From: an uncultured Acidobacteriota bacterium
Lineage (GTDB): Bacteria > Acidobacteriota > Thermoanaerobaculia > Gp7-AA8 > JAHWKK01
Direction: 5' to 3'
DNA: 64,000 bases
NCBI GenBank assembly: GCA_963829355.1
Contig: CAWHHZ010000008.1
Location: forward strand, 296,236 to 360,235
Notes under the pieces: model-generated
What the model saw: the letters and a program-made list of their open reading frames with translations, nothing else
Told to the model about the DNA's origin: nothing
The model's database searches: none
Position numbers and translations under genes: made by a program
Part shown: in pieces, positions 63,123-64,000 of the stretch
Layout of the letters: every line of letters begins with the position of its first letter
Numbering within the stretch: position 1 is the stretch's first letter

Positions 63123-63145
63123 GACGCCGACGAACGCCGGAGGCG

Positions 63146-64000
63146 CTACTTCAGCGTTCCGAGCTTCTCGTCCTTCTCGCGCCAGATCGACTCGAACCAC
63201 GAGCGGAATCGGGTGCGGAGCTCCTCGTTCTCGAGAAGATCGGGAATCGTGAGCTCGGGCGGGATCGGCCGTTCGACGACGTCGATGATCACCCGTTCGA
63301 TCTCCCCGTTCGCCATCCGCCACAGAACCCATCCTTCGCCGGGATAGATGATGGTCACATCGACGAGAGATCGGAGTCGCTCCCCTACCGTCGCCATCAC
63401 GAGCGATACACCACCGAGCTTCGGCCGGAGCAGGTGCCGGTACGGCGATTCCTGCGCGTCGTGCTTTGCCCGCGTCCGTCGCGTCCCTTCTGCGAAACTG
63501 AGAAGCGACTCGGGACGGCGGAGCCCGAAATACCTGCAGGCTCGTCTCGTGGTCGCCAGGTCGAGCTCGCGGAGAGAAGGGTCCTTCTCGATCCGCTCCC
63601 GCGGCATCCGCCGCACCATCGGCATCTCGAGCGCCCAGAGCGCAGCGCCGACGATCGGAAACCACCTCAGCTCACGCTTGGCAAAAAAGCGGATGAAGGA
63701 GGTGCGATCGATCAGAAGATCCTCGATGATCGGGATATCGAGCCACGATACGTGATTCGCCACGATCAGGTAGTTTGCGTCAGGCGTCAGTGAATCGATT
63801 CCCCTCACCTGCCATTCGACATCGAGCATCTCGTCCGAAATGCGCCGGTGCCCTCTGGCCCACATCTGAACGATCCGCTGCAGCATCCCCGTGACCGCCG
63901 CGCGGGAGCCGGGGATCAACCGCAGCAAGATCGTCAGCAGCAGCAATGTTCCGAAGAAAAAGAGGTTGAGAGCCCAGAGAGTGACGGTGACGATGCCGCG
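63146..64000 (-). CDS. YihG-like acyltransferase (PlsC family), 5' end beyond window
   Basis: ANHVSWLD (HX4D), FFAKREL.WFP, FAEGTR, SPYRHLLRPKLGG, DVTIIYP. Frame open to 64000. Confidence 0.88.
   Translation of the reverse strand, partial: RGIVTVTLWALNLFFFGTLLLLTILLRLIPGSRAAVTGMLQRIVQMWARGHRRISDEMLDVEWQVRGIDSLTPDANYLIVANHVSWLDIPIIEDLLIDRTSFIRFFAKRELRWFPIVGAALWALEMPMVRRMPRERIEKDPSLRELDLATTRRACRYFGLRRPESLLSFAEGTRRTRAKHDAQESPYRHLLRPKLGGVSLVMATVGERLRSLVDVTIIYPGEGWVLWRMANGEIERVIIDVVERPIPPELTIPDLLENEELRTRFRSWFESIWREKDEKLGTLK

Noticed and set aside
59541-63793. Plus-strand ORFs 59541-60701, 61819-62976 and 62966-63793
   Set aside because: Antisense to the adhesin, the epimerase and the acyltransferase.

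Overview
This is a 64 kb GC-rich bacterial window. Gene style and the IPTL-CTERM protein suggest a diderm such as Acidobacteriota, which is an inference. About 53 kb is one large surface-glycan locus, mostly on the minus strand. It holds ~9 soluble glycosyltransferases, 8 sulfotransferase-family genes, wzx, wzy, a Wzz-like co-polymerase, wecB/wecC, a PglF/CapD dehydratase, an AsnB-like amidotransferase and methyltransferases. It also holds a WbqC/RffA/GT2/flippase sub-module, two heparinase II/III-like + bi-domain oxidoreductase pairs, and two paralogous O-antigen-ligase/O-OTase genes, each overlapped by a small membrane-anchored TPR-like gene. Two tandem secreted proteins with phage-tail-fibre-like features and duplicated promoters are embedded in the locus. 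The right end has a nucleotidyltransferase remnant, two tandem MNT-HEPN (MntA/HepT) toxin-antitoxin pairs among REP-like repeats, a ~1,630-aa IPTL-CTERM adhesin with ~12 Ig-like repeats, a UDP-glucuronate epimerase and a YihG-like acyltransferase. At least 12 genes are frameshifted, most likely from long-read indel errors. The most interesting hypothesis is a sulfated, glycosaminoglycan-like glycan pathway that may be attached to co-encoded surface proteins. All family calls come from motif recognition by eye; no searches were run.
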